A DNA stretch of 64,000 nt, from NCBI GenBank assembly GCA_963727455.1, contig CAVSGG010000005.1:480001-544000 (forward strand), in the 5' to 3' direction. A model generated the notes under the pieces. The model saw nothing but the letters and a program-made list of their open reading frames with translations. It was not told the origin of the DNA and searched no databases. Positions within the stretch are counted from its first letter, which is position 1, and the number at the start of each line of letters is the position of its first letter. Position numbers and translations under genes: made by a program. Below, piece after piece: positions 49,454 to 58,543 of this stretch. Origin of the DNA: Candidatus Krumholzibacteriota bacterium (GTDB lineage Bacteria > Krumholzibacteriota > Krumholzibacteriia > JAJRXK01).

Positions 49454-50745
49454 GTGATAGTCCCAATCACGAACAACTGGTAGTCGAGCGATCCTGCCTT
49501 GACGGTTCTGTCGTGCTAAGCGGAGCGAAAAACAGCGCGCTCAAGCTGATTGCTGCCTCAATTCTGACGGATGAGCCGCTGCGACTGCAGAGTTTTCCTC
49601 TGAAGCTCACGGATGTACAAGTCATGCTTGGCATGGTCCGATCGCTCGGAAAGAAAGTAGTCGAGGGTGATTCTGCCGTAAGGATAGAGGGACCCTGCAA
49701 GGTGATGACTCTTGAGTGGCGGGAAAGATCAGTTCGGACCAGCCTCTTGTTGCTCGCGACTCTATTGGGACGATTTGGTAGAGGCGCAGTACCCATTCCA
49801 GGCGGATGCAAGATCGGAGAGAGGAAGTACGATCTCCACCAGATGGTTCTGGAGCGACTTGGTGCGGAGATTTGGGAGGAGGATGGGCTTCTGTGTGGTA
49901 AGGCCAAAAGTCGACTTCGGGGTACGGAGATTCACCTGCCGATTCGGTCGACTGGAGCCACAGAAAGCGCAATACTTGCAGGTTGCCTGGCAACGGGCAG
50001 AACAGTACTCTGGAACCCACACGTCCGTCCCGAAATCCTAGATCTTATCAACTTGCTGGGGAAGATGGGTGCTCGAATTCGAGTTTACGGGCAGGAGAGG
50101 ATTGAGATAGATGGTGTGGACTGCCTTTATGGCGCTCGGCATGCAGTCATCGTAGACAATATGGAGGCCTTCACTTTTCTCGTAGCCGCAGCGGTCACGG
50201 AAGGTAGTGTCGAAATTCTGGGCTTTCCGAAGCATGATCTAGAAGTTCCGCTTATCTTCGCGAAGGCAGCGGGCGTTCATGTCTATGAAGGCCCTGAGTC
50301 GATAATTGTCAATGGGAGTGAGCATTGGCCCATTGAGTTGAGTACCGGACCTTATCCTGGGATCAATAGCGATATGCAACCGCTTTTCGCCGTGCTGGGT
50401 TCGTGCGCCCACGGAGAGAGCCGCATCACCGATCTTCGCTTTCCGGACCGATTTGGCTATGTCGAGGAACTTGCTCGTTTTGGGGGTGATTATAAGGTTG
50501 AAGGAAATCTACTGCGCATAAGGGGGGGTGGAACTCGTCATGGAGCTGCGGTACGCGCATTGGACTTACGGTGTGGAGCCGCTCTGTTAGTGGCGGGAAT
50601 GGTGGCGGATGGAACAACCAGAATTTTGGACTGTCATCAGATCGATCGTGGCTATGAGAACATCGTGGGTAAGCTTCAGGGTCTAGGGGGGAGACTCCAC
50701 AGGGAGCCAAGCGGATTACAGACATCGGAAAGCGTGCTCGAGTGA
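49450..50745 (+). CDS. murA: MurA-like enolpyruvyl transferase (polysaccharide-locus copy)
   Basis: SGAKNSAL, PGGCKIGER..DLH (active-site Cys), STGATE, PYPG..SDMQP, RF.YV.EL, DLRCGAAL, IDRGYE. Confidence 0.87.
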   Translation: MSDSPNHEQLVVERSCLDGSVVLSGAKNSALKLIAASILTDEPLRLQSFPLKLTDVQVMLGMVRSLGKKVVEGDSAVRIEGPCKVMTLEWRERSVRTSLLLLATLLGRFGRGAVPIPGGCKIGERKYDLHQMVLERLGAEIWEEDGLLCGKAKSRLRGTEIHLPIRSTGATESAILAGCLATGRTVLWNPHVRPEILDLINLLGKMGARIRVYGQERIEIDGVDCLYGARHAVIVDNMEAFTFLVAAAVTEGSVEILGFPKHDLEVPLIFAKAAGVHVYEGPESIIVNGSEHWPIELSTGPYPGINSDMQPLFAVLGSCAHGESRITDLRFPDRFGYVEELARFGGDYKVEGNLLRIRGGGTRHGAAVRALDLRCGAALLVAGMVADGTTRILDCHQIDRGYENIVGKLQGLGGRLHREPSGLQTSESVLE

Positions 50746-50749
50746 TTTC

Positions 50750-52090
50750 ATGACAGCGTCGTCACCGCGTTCGCAACCATCCGCTCTCCGTCACATTCTC
50801 CAGACACTTGGGACACAGGTTCTTGTGCTCCTGCTCGGAGTTATCGGAGGGGTGCTCGTAGCAAGAATTTTGGGGCCTTCCGGGCGTGGACGCTACGCCC
50901 TTCTGATGATGATTCCCAACTTGGCCTTCACCTTTGGAAATCTGGGTTTTGGCAGTGCCGGTACCTACTTTCTCAATCGAGGAAGCATTGCGCGCGGTCA
51001 GGTTGTTGGATCACTCTATGCTATCGGGATTGCTCTTGCGCTTCTGAGTGCAGCAGTAGTGTTAGTGATTCATCCCCAAAGAATCTCTGTCTGGCAGGAC
51101 CTTCCAACGCTACAGATCCTCATTGCAATTCTCACAACGCCTTTTCTCTTTCTCTTGAATTTCTCAAGCCGGGTACTTCTGGGAACCGGCTCCATCGGGA
51201 AAATGAACATAGGTAGACTGCTGCAGGCCGGAAGCCGAGTGGTCGTAGTCGTAGCTCTTGTTGGAATACTCAGTTATGGCGTTACCGGAGCAATGGTCGC
51301 ATTTGCACTCTCGACGGCAATTGGCGCAGCGTACAGTGCCTCTGTAGGATTGAAATCGGTTGGGCGTCCGATCAAATTCTCTTCTCGGTTCCTCACTCAT
51401 GGGCTCAGTTATGGCCTGCCCTCCTTCCTGATTCTGCTGGCTAATTACCTAAATCATAATTTCGATGTGCTCATGGTGAAGCACTACCTCGACAACACAA
51501 ATGTCGGTCTCTATACCTTGGTAGTCGCTTGGGTGGAGAGACTATTTTATCTTCCTCAGTCCGTGGGAGCCGTGATCTTTCAACGCGTGGCGTCGGATGA
51601 GAAAAGCGGGAGCCGCGCTCTCGTGATGAAGAGCGGGCGACATTCCCTTGCCCTAGTAGTGCTTGGAGCGCTGGTGCTGTCACTCTGCGGACCGGTATTA
51701 GTCGTAGGGCTGTACGGAGCCGAGTTTCGGGGCTCCATTCCGGCTCTTTACTGCCTATTGCCCGCAATTGTAATGCTATCCCTCTATCAAGTCTATGCTG
51801 TAGCACTCGCGGCCGATGGACATCCGCGCGTCGGGGCAATCGCTTCTGCACTATCTTTCGCCATCAATTTTGCGCTAAACACCGTACTGATTCCCCGCAT
51901 GGGTATAGTGGGCGCGGGACTCGCAACAACGGTCTCCTACGGGATCATGTCGGGGATAGTAGTCACCGCATACAAGCGCAGATATGGAGTATCCCTAGGA
52001 GAGATGTTGGTGATCCGGAAAAGTGAGATCAGGTCCTCTCTAGCGCGGCTCTTGAGCCATCTTCCACTGTCGAATCGAACGAGATCATGA
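50750..52090 (+). CDS. Second Wzx-type flippase
   Basis: ARILGPSGRG.YA, VGLY, YG.EF, LIPRMGIVGA.LAT; multi-TM. Confidence 0.82.
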   Translation: MTASSPRSQPSALRHILQTLGTQVLVLLLGVIGGVLVARILGPSGRGRYALLMMIPNLAFTFGNLGFGSAGTYFLNRGSIARGQVVGSLYAIGIALALLSAAVVLVIHPQRISVWQDLPTLQILIAILTTPFLFLLNFSSRVLLGTGSIGKMNIGRLLQAGSRVVVVVALVGILSYGVTGAMVAFALSTAIGAAYSASVGLKSVGRPIKFSSRFLTHGLSYGLPSFLILLANYLNHNFDVLMVKHYLDNTNVGLYTLVVAWVERLFYLPQSVGAVIFQRVASDEKSGSRALVMKSGRHSLALVVLGALVLSLCGPVLVVGLYGAEFRGSIPALYCLLPAIVMLSLYQVYAVALAADGHPRVGAIASALSFAINFALNTVLIPRMGIVGAGLATTVSYGIMSGIVVTAYKRRYGVSLGEMLVIRKSEIRSSLARLLSHLPLSNRTRS

Positions 52091-54531
52091 TATCGCGAGA
52101 GGAACTGCTTCGCCGGATGTTGCTGCCTGGGTTGGTTATCCTGACGCTACTGGCAGCGCGGTGGCTGGGGCTCCCAGAGGGCTTTGGGGTGTCCGCAGCC
52201 TGGCTATTGCTCGTCATCATGCCGGGGATACTGATTCTAGAATGTGTACCGGAGCTACGCTGCCAAGAACAGATCAGCTTTGGGATATTGGACCGCTGGC
52301 TTGAATCGACGGCAATCGGAGTGCTTTGTCTGTCGATCTGGCTCGGGATCTCAGATGCAATCCGAATCCCCCTCGATCTTGCCATTATCGTGTATGGAGG
52401 CGCCGGTGTCGTTGTGTGGTGGTATACCGGCCCAAGCATCAACTGGCAAGTTAAGAAAGTCAGTTGGGAGATTCTCCTGGTAGGGGCGATCATTGCAGTC
52501 TCTGTGATCCGGATATTGTCACTTCCTTATGTAACCTCAGCCAGCTCCGATCTGCTGGCCCATCTCGATGGTATAAGGCAAGTGAGATTTACCGGTGAGG
52601 TCTTTCCTCACATGCTCTCGACGGACGGTATGGCTGGTGTAAAGCCAGATCCCCGCTTCGGCACATGGCACGGAATGGTCGAGGGAATCTGGTATCTTGG
52701 AGCATCGTCATTACAAGGGGCATGGACCTGTGCTGCAGCGTGGATGGTAGGCCCCATTTTGCTGGCATCGGAGCGGTTGGGGCGAGAGATCTTCCGTAAT
52801 GTCAAAGCCGGCGTAGTATGTCTCGTCGTGTATTTGCTTCTAATGTCTACCGTGGAGGGAGATCTTCTCTCGATGTCCGCCTTGCCGTCGGTAGTTGCAC
52901 GCTGCATTTTTGGAGTAGTGTTGATTTGGTGCCTGCGAGGCCTCGATGGAGTTGGGGGCGCACGGTGGTATTGGAGCCTTGCAGTCGCTGCAGCGGGACT
53001 CGCGCTTTTCCGGTTGGATTATTTCATGATGGTTGGTGCTGTGCTAGGGATCCTGGCATGCGCCGGAATATTGGGTTTCATAGGAGAAGGTCGTTGGCTC
53101 TGGACTAAACGTCTGGGAATCTGGATCTGCGGTGCGGTTCCACTGCTCGCGTACAAATACTCGATCTCCTTGCCAACGCCGCCCGGCTACCTGTCTCAGT
53201 TTCGCGCTGGCGTGTTGCTACTCGGTTCCAAGTGGTGGATGACGGATATTTTTCGTTTCGGCCCAACGATTTTTATCCTCTTGGTGATGGGTTTGATTTG
53301 GTTGGTTCGAGCGCGACACACACTGACGCGCAGTTCATGGCTCCTCCTCACGGTTCTTACCATCGGAGGTCTCCAGGCGTTTAATCCGCTTTTCTGCCGC
53401 CTATTCGAGCCTATTGTGAGCGCTCCGTATATCGTACGACTTGCCAGGTTGGTACCCATATATCTCCTGGTGACTGGAGTTCTACTGGACTCGACTGGTT
53501 TTCGAATCTGGGCGAAACCTTCGAAGAGACGCCCTTTGGTTGCGGGTCTCGCTCTTGGGCTAATCGGTGTTAGCGTTATCCCCGAGTTGCCTGGCTGGCT
53601 CCAAAGGCCCACCGTCTCTGAGAACTCGGTACTTGAGTCAGGGATGACAAATTGGCTCCGGGACCACGCTGAGGTGGATACGACAGTCCTGGCGAGCCCC
53701 ATCGTTGCATATTGTATCGCGGGCTTGACTGATTTGAAGGTAGTCGCAGTTCCTCCCAGCCATGCCTCACCCTGGGTGACGGACGCCAAACAGCGTGAGA
53801 GAGACGCTTATCGGGCGCTCAGCGATTGCACATCCTTGGTCGACAGAATGTCCATCTTGAGGAAATATGGCGCAAACTGGGTTCTATTTAGAGAAGAACC
53901 GGGAGTTGCTGATGATTGGGGCGCCTCCCAGGTCCTACACGAGGACCACGAGTTGGTACTTCTCTCGGTTGACCCTGCACATGGTTCCGCAGAGGGAGAA
54001 GGGAGGGTGTGTGGTTCCACCAGCCTCCCCAATCAGGCTAACATTCGTCCCATTTCCCTTGAGCAGGGACTCGAGGCATACGTGGCTTGGCCGGATACCC
54101 TAGAGGGCACACGTGGAGCGATCCTGGAGCTTCCCGTAGTCTGGAGACCGAACAATCCGATCATGGAAAAGAAAATCTGGGCGCTGCGGTTCGAGAGTGG
54201 TTATCCCCGTAGCTTTTTGTACTCCCCAGTGTGGAGTAAGCCGTACCGCAAACTGGAGGAGCTTCTCACAGGCAGGCGATACCGATTTCGTGTACAAGGC
54301 AATCCTTGTGAGGATCGCCCCCCAATTTTCATCTGGGGCGCTAATCGAAGCTACAGCGATACCCTGAAGGTTCGAATTCCAGCTGATGTTCACGATGGCT
54401 ACTACCGGGTTCAGCTGAAAGTGGTTACAGATAGCTTCATGAGAAATCACAGACCCCGTGATTATTTTAGTGATCGTGATCTCTGGACGGGCCAGGATTG
54501 CGGCGTCGTCTTGTCAATTCAGAACGAATAA
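52087..54531 (+). CDS. Large polytopic membrane protein, probable GT-C fold (paralog 2)
   Basis: SDLLAH, DPRFG..HG, PSHASP, SKPYRKL and DYFSDRDLW motifs shared with 40816-43281. Confidence 0.55.
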   Translation: MISREELLRRMLLPGLVILTLLAARWLGLPEGFGVSAAWLLLVIMPGILILECVPELRCQEQISFGILDRWLESTAIGVLCLSIWLGISDAIRIPLDLAIIVYGGAGVVVWWYTGPSINWQVKKVSWEILLVGAIIAVSVIRILSLPYVTSASSDLLAHLDGIRQVRFTGEVFPHMLSTDGMAGVKPDPRFGTWHGMVEGIWYLGASSLQGAWTCAAAWMVGPILLASERLGREIFRNVKAGVVCLVVYLLLMSTVEGDLLSMSALPSVVARCIFGVVLIWCLRGLDGVGGARWYWSLAVAAAGLALFRLDYFMMVGAVLGILACAGILGFIGEGRWLWTKRLGIWICGAVPLLAYKYSISLPTPPGYLSQFRAGVLLLGSKWWMTDIFRFGPTIFILLVMGLIWLVRARHTLTRSSWLLLTVLTIGGLQAFNPLFCRLFEPIVSAPYIVRLARLVPIYLLVTGVLLDSTGFRIWAKPSKRRPLVAGLALGLIGVSVIPELPGWLQRPTVSENSVLESGMTNWLRDHAEVDTTVLASPIVAYCIAGLTDLKVVAVPPSHASPWVTDAKQRERDAYRALSDCTSLVDRMSILRKYGANWVLFREEPGVADDWGASQVLHEDHELVLLSVDPAHGSAEGEGRVCGSTSLPNQANIRPISLEQGLEAYVAWPDTLEGTRGAILELPVVWRPNNPIMEKKIWALRFESGYPRSFLYSPVWSKPYRKLEELLTGRRYRFRVQGNPCEDRPPIFIWGANRSYSDTLKVRIPADVHDGYYRVQLKVVTDSFMRNHRPRDYFSDRDLWTGQDCGVVLSIQNE

Positions 54532-54533
54532 CG

Positions 54534-55817
54534 ATGGCTAGATCACTCAGAATCCTCATCCACCTGGATTTTTTGGGCCTGGGCGGCCATATGCTTTCGA
54601 CCATCAGCCTCGCTGAAGCAATCAAGTGTAGAGGCCACGAAGTATTGATTGCTGGAGAGATGGGATCTCTCCGGTCCAAACTCGAGGAAAGAGACCTGCC
54701 TTATGCCGAATTGGCGCTCGGGCTCGATCCAATTCCCAATGCCCCTGTACTGGCGCCGCCAAACGAACAACTGAACATCACTCGGCTGAGTCGGCTAGCA
54801 AGGGAATGGTCGGCCGATCTGGTTCACGCCTTTCATCCTTTCAATCTGCCAACCGCACGACGCGCTGCCCTTTCCTCGGGGATTCCTGCCATTTTGACGG
54901 TATGCGGGGGCAAACCAGCATATTCGTTACCGGCAAAGCAAACCGAGACCATTGTTTTCAGCGAGGAGTTGCGCGATGCCTACGTGCGCAAGCGGCTGGT
55001 CCAGGAAGACCGGATTCATGTAGTTGCGAATCGGCTCCCCCTGGGTGAATTGATGGATCGAACCTGGGAACTCGAGGAAGAGCTGTCAAGTCAGTTGAAG
55101 CCTGGTTCAAAGCGGATTTTGATGATTGGGCGATTGGATGGTGCGAAAACAACAGCCGCTCTTCATGTCATTGAGGCGTGCGCACTGCTCCGACAGAAGT
55201 TCTCGTCGCTTCAACTCTTGCTTGTCGGATCCGGGTCAGGCGTCGGGACTGTCAAGATGAGGGCAAAGAAAGTGGGGCTCACGACCGAGGGCGGCGTCTT
55301 TGTGCACTATGGGCGCGTTCTAGACGCGTATCGCTTGATTCCTCATGCAGATATTTGTGTCGGGGTGGGGAGGAGCATTTTCGAGGCAATGGCGATCGGG
55401 CGTCCCTGTGTCATTGTGGGCTCCGAGGGTTACGCGGGCCTGGTCTCGCCTGAGGCAATCGAAAAGATTGCCTACTTCAATTTCTCCGGACGTAACGCGC
55501 GAAAGCGGGAGGGGGTTGCGGTGCTGTCGGAGGCTTGCGAGGAAATTCTGGGCAACGAACGGCACGCCAGGTTCCTTGCGGATTTTGCACAGAAGTATGC
55601 CTCGAGAAATTTGGACGCGGCCGTTGGTGCGGAGAAATACGAGGTGATCTATGAGAAGCTCCTGAGACGATGGAGGGAGGGAATGATTCCACGTGACGAT
55701 GAATCTTCGATCAGTCGATATGCCCAAGCTCTCAGGAAGAAAGAAGCGCGGCAAAATCTTTCTGGTATGCCCAGGAGGATATTGCGGCGGGTTCTCCCGT
55801 GGTCAGGTCGTCAATGA
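54534..55817 (+). CDS. GT4-like glycosyltransferase
   Basis: GG, LA.AI..RGHEV, IGRLD..K, VGSG, GVGRSIFEAMAIGRP. Confidence 0.78.
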   Translation: MARSLRILIHLDFLGLGGHMLSTISLAEAIKCRGHEVLIAGEMGSLRSKLEERDLPYAELALGLDPIPNAPVLAPPNEQLNITRLSRLAREWSADLVHAFHPFNLPTARRAALSSGIPAILTVCGGKPAYSLPAKQTETIVFSEELRDAYVRKRLVQEDRIHVVANRLPLGELMDRTWELEEELSSQLKPGSKRILMIGRLDGAKTTAALHVIEACALLRQKFSSLQLLLVGSGSGVGTVKMRAKKVGLTTEGGVFVHYGRVLDAYRLIPHADICVGVGRSIFEAMAIGRPCVIVGSEGYAGLVSPEAIEKIAYFNFSGRNARKREGVAVLSEACEEILGNERHARFLADFAQKYASRNLDAAVGAEKYEVIYEKLLRRWREGMIPRDDESSISRYAQALRKKEARQNLSGMPRRILRRVLPWSGRQ

Positions 55818-55832
55818 GAAAATCACGGTGAA

Positions 55833-56504
55833 CTAGGCCCTGTGCATCAGCCGCCGCAGAATCAGTTTGGCCAGCGTCTTCAGCCCGACCGTGAAGCTCT
55901 GTCCCTTCGAAAGAGAATAATCGGTATAGATTGCTTTGATAGGGATTTCCACCAGGTTCAATCCGTGACGCCGAGATTCTGCGATGATCTCTGAGGACAC
56001 CTCCATCCTGTCCGTCTTGATGTCGATCTGCTCCAGAGCCTCGCGCCGAAAGCCGCGATACCCGGATTGGGAATCCGTGACCCAGGCCCCGAAGAGAAAA
56101 AACGTGACGAGGTTACCCACCCAGTTTGCAAGCTGACGGTGTTTCGGCATTCCCTCAGGCTCTAGGAGTCGAGAACCGATGACCACATCCGCTCCGTCAT
56201 CGAGGGCTTCGAGGAATCGAGGTATGTCCTCCGGATCATGCTGTCCATCTGCATCCAGGCAAATGACCGCCTCTCCGCCGCGCCTCAGAGCCGCGGCAAA
56301 ACCAGTTCCCAAGGATGCACCGAGTCCGCGGTTGATTACATGACGAACCAGGCATGCCCCTCCCTGTCGCGCGATCACTCCGGTTGCATCTCTCGAGCCG
56401 TCATCGACGACGATCACTTCGTCCACTCGGGGCCTGACTCGCTCGAGAACTTGCGCCAGAGTCGACTCTTCATTGTATGCGGGGATGACGACGATGGTCT
56501 TCAT
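55833..56504 (-). CDS. GT2 polyprenyl-phosphate glycosyltransferase (DPM synthase/GtrB-like)
   Basis: IPAYNEE, VVDDGS.DAT, H..NRGLG, LDADGQHDP, VIGSR, TDSQSGYR. Confidence 0.85.
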   Translation of the reverse strand: MKTIVVIPAYNEESTLAQVLERVRPRVDEVIVVDDGSRDATGVIARQGGACLVRHVINRGLGASLGTGFAAALRRGGEAVICLDADGQHDPEDIPRFLEALDDGADVVIGSRLLEPEGMPKHRQLANWVGNLVTFFLFGAWVTDSQSGYRGFRREALEQIDIKTDRMEVSSEIIAESRRHGLNLVEIPIKAIYTDYSLSKGQSFTVGLKTLAKLILRRLMHRA

Positions 56505-56757
56505 GCATCGATTGTAAACGGGCCTACTGGGCGAAGCAAGTGCCCTGGAACCGGTGATGCAAAGGAGGGGTCGGCGGTCCTGCGCGTGGTCTGCGGCGAA
56601 GTGCTGCGCGTTGGGGACGAGGCAGTCTCATCGTTTCCTGGGCCGCCCGAAAGCACCCTTTCGTGGCCCAGATGCGCCTATCTCCCGAACGAGAAGTTGT
56701 GCTAGGCTCCCCCCTCATTTTGGGGCGGCGAGCAGCAAGCAGGGGCTGGATCTTGCG

Positions 56758-57801
56758 ATGAGAGTTCTCTTGATATCCGAGCGATGGGAGGACGTAACTG
56801 ATGAAGGTATGCTTGGTTTCCTTGATGAGTTCGCTCAGTTTCTCAAAATGAAGTTCTCCCTCCTCATCGTGTACGATCATGGAAGTGGCGCGGGAGATCT
56901 TCCGTCGCGGCGGCTTCCCTTGGGCAAGCGTCTCGTCACACCCGAACTGAAGGGGTGTCTGGAGAGCTTCCGCCCCAACTTGGTTCTCTACTGCCCCACG
57001 GCATGCGCGACTTTCAATGCGCTCCTCCGTCACTCCCGATTGGAGCGTCTCGTTCCGGGAGCGCGCTGCGCATTGATGAGCTTACAATCGAGAGAGTACT
57101 CCTGGTGGCAGAAGCCGCTCCTGCGCTTCGTGCGTCCTTGGCGTCTGGTGGTGCTCTCGCGGGCGCAGGAGGAGTACTACCGGGAACGCGGGTTTGAGGC
57201 CCTCGCGGTGCGGGCGGGAGTCGATCTGACGCGCTTTTGTCCCGCGAATGCTCAGGAGCGGAAGTTACTCCGTAAGAGACTTGGGTGGCCTTCGGAAAAG
57301 CGAGTGATCTTCCATGCGGGCCATCTACGCGCCGGCAGGGGCCTCGATGCCATGAGCGCGTTGGCCCGACAGGAGGAGTTTCATCTGGTGATGGCTGCGA
57401 GCACCGCGAATCCCGCGGATGACTCTCTGCGGGAGGAACTGGTGGCGGCGGGAATCGAGATACACCACGAATATCTTCCCAAGATCGAGGATTTTTATCG
57501 TGCAGCTGATCTCTACCTGTTTCCGGTGCGGGAGGCGAGCGAAAGTATCGAGTTTCCCCTGTCCGTACTGGAGGCCATGGCCTGCAATCTTGCCATCGTC
57601 ACCACTCCGTTTGGGGCATTGACGGAGCATTTTACCGCTAGAGATGGTCTGCGATATTTTCAGAACTTGCGAGATCTGCCTGGCGCTGTGGATGCCGCAT
57701 TGAGTCAGAAGGTAAACACGAGGGCGAAGGTGGAGAGCTTTGGTTGGCATGCGGGAATGGAGGAATTGATGTCCAAACTTCGAGAGGCAATGAGCGCGTG
57801 A
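56758..57801 (+). CDS. GT4 glycosyltransferase
   Basis: DEG, GVDLTRF, HAGHL..GRG, ADLYLFP, IEFPLSVLEAMACN. Confidence 0.82.
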   Translation: MRVLLISERWEDVTDEGMLGFLDEFAQFLKMKFSLLIVYDHGSGAGDLPSRRLPLGKRLVTPELKGCLESFRPNLVLYCPTACATFNALLRHSRLERLVPGARCALMSLQSREYSWWQKPLLRFVRPWRLVVLSRAQEEYYRERGFEALAVRAGVDLTRFCPANAQERKLLRKRLGWPSEKRVIFHAGHLRAGRGLDAMSALARQEEFHLVMAASTANPADDSLREELVAAGIEIHHEYLPKIEDFYRAADLYLFPVREASESIEFPLSVLEAMACNLAIVTTPFGALTEHFTARDGLRYFQNLRDLPGAVDAALSQKVNTRAKVESFGWHAGMEELMSKLREAMSA

Positions 57802-58481
57802 AGTCGACCTTGGTCTATCTTGCCGGACTCGATGGCTCGGGAAAGAGCACACAAGCGCAGCTCTACCTTTCACAGGCCCGTTTGCGGGGCCAGGACTGGA
57901 ACTATCGCTGGGCTCGCTGGGAGCCGTGCCTCACTGCTCCTCTGATGCGTCTGGCCCGCAAGGTCCTCGGGCGGGGCACAGAACGCGGATCGAGCCGCCC
58001 GGAAGACGATGCTGGGTACGCCAGCTTCACCCAAGGGAAGCAGCGCATCTTTCGCCACGCCTGGTCGCGGCGACTCTGGACGACTGCAGTGCTGCTGGAG
58101 TACTTACCCCAGGTTTGGTGGCGACTTGGCGCCACCCGCATGCGAGGCAAACGGCTACTCTGCGACCGCTATCTCCCCGACCTTTGGGTTGATCTGGCAG
58201 TGAATTTCGCTACGGGAGTTCGGGGCGTAGAGGAACTGGCGCGCCATCCACTATGTCATCTCTTTCCAAAAGTGGATCGGATGATTTTCCTGGACGTCGA
58301 TCCTCGCGTGGGTTTTGAGCGCAAGAGTGACGGGACCCCGCGTGCGTATCTCGAGGAGCGAAGGCCGCTGTATCTGGCGCTCACTAGGATCCTGCCATCG
58401 CGCGTAATCGATGCAAACGGCACGGTGGAAGAGGTGGCTCGCGAGCTGCGGGATGCCGTGGAAAACGACGCGGGCTGTTAG
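57798..58481 (+). CDS. Thymidylate-kinase-like P-loop kinase
   Basis: GLDGSGKSTQA Walker A, CDRY, FLDVDP....RK, IDAN. Confidence 0.72.
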   Translation: MKSTLVYLAGLDGSGKSTQAQLYLSQARLRGQDWNYRWARWEPCLTAPLMRLARKVLGRGTERGSSRPEDDAGYASFTQGKQRIFRHAWSRRLWTTAVLLEYLPQVWWRLGATRMRGKRLLCDRYLPDLWVDLAVNFATGVRGVEELARHPLCHLFPKVDRMIFLDVDPRVGFERKSDGTPRAYLEERRPLYLALTRILPSRVIDANGTVEEVARELRDAVENDAGC

Positions 58482-58543
58482 GATCACCATGTGCTAAACT
58501 CATATGACGTCTTGGCTCCCCTTAACCTAAGTTCGGGAAGAAC

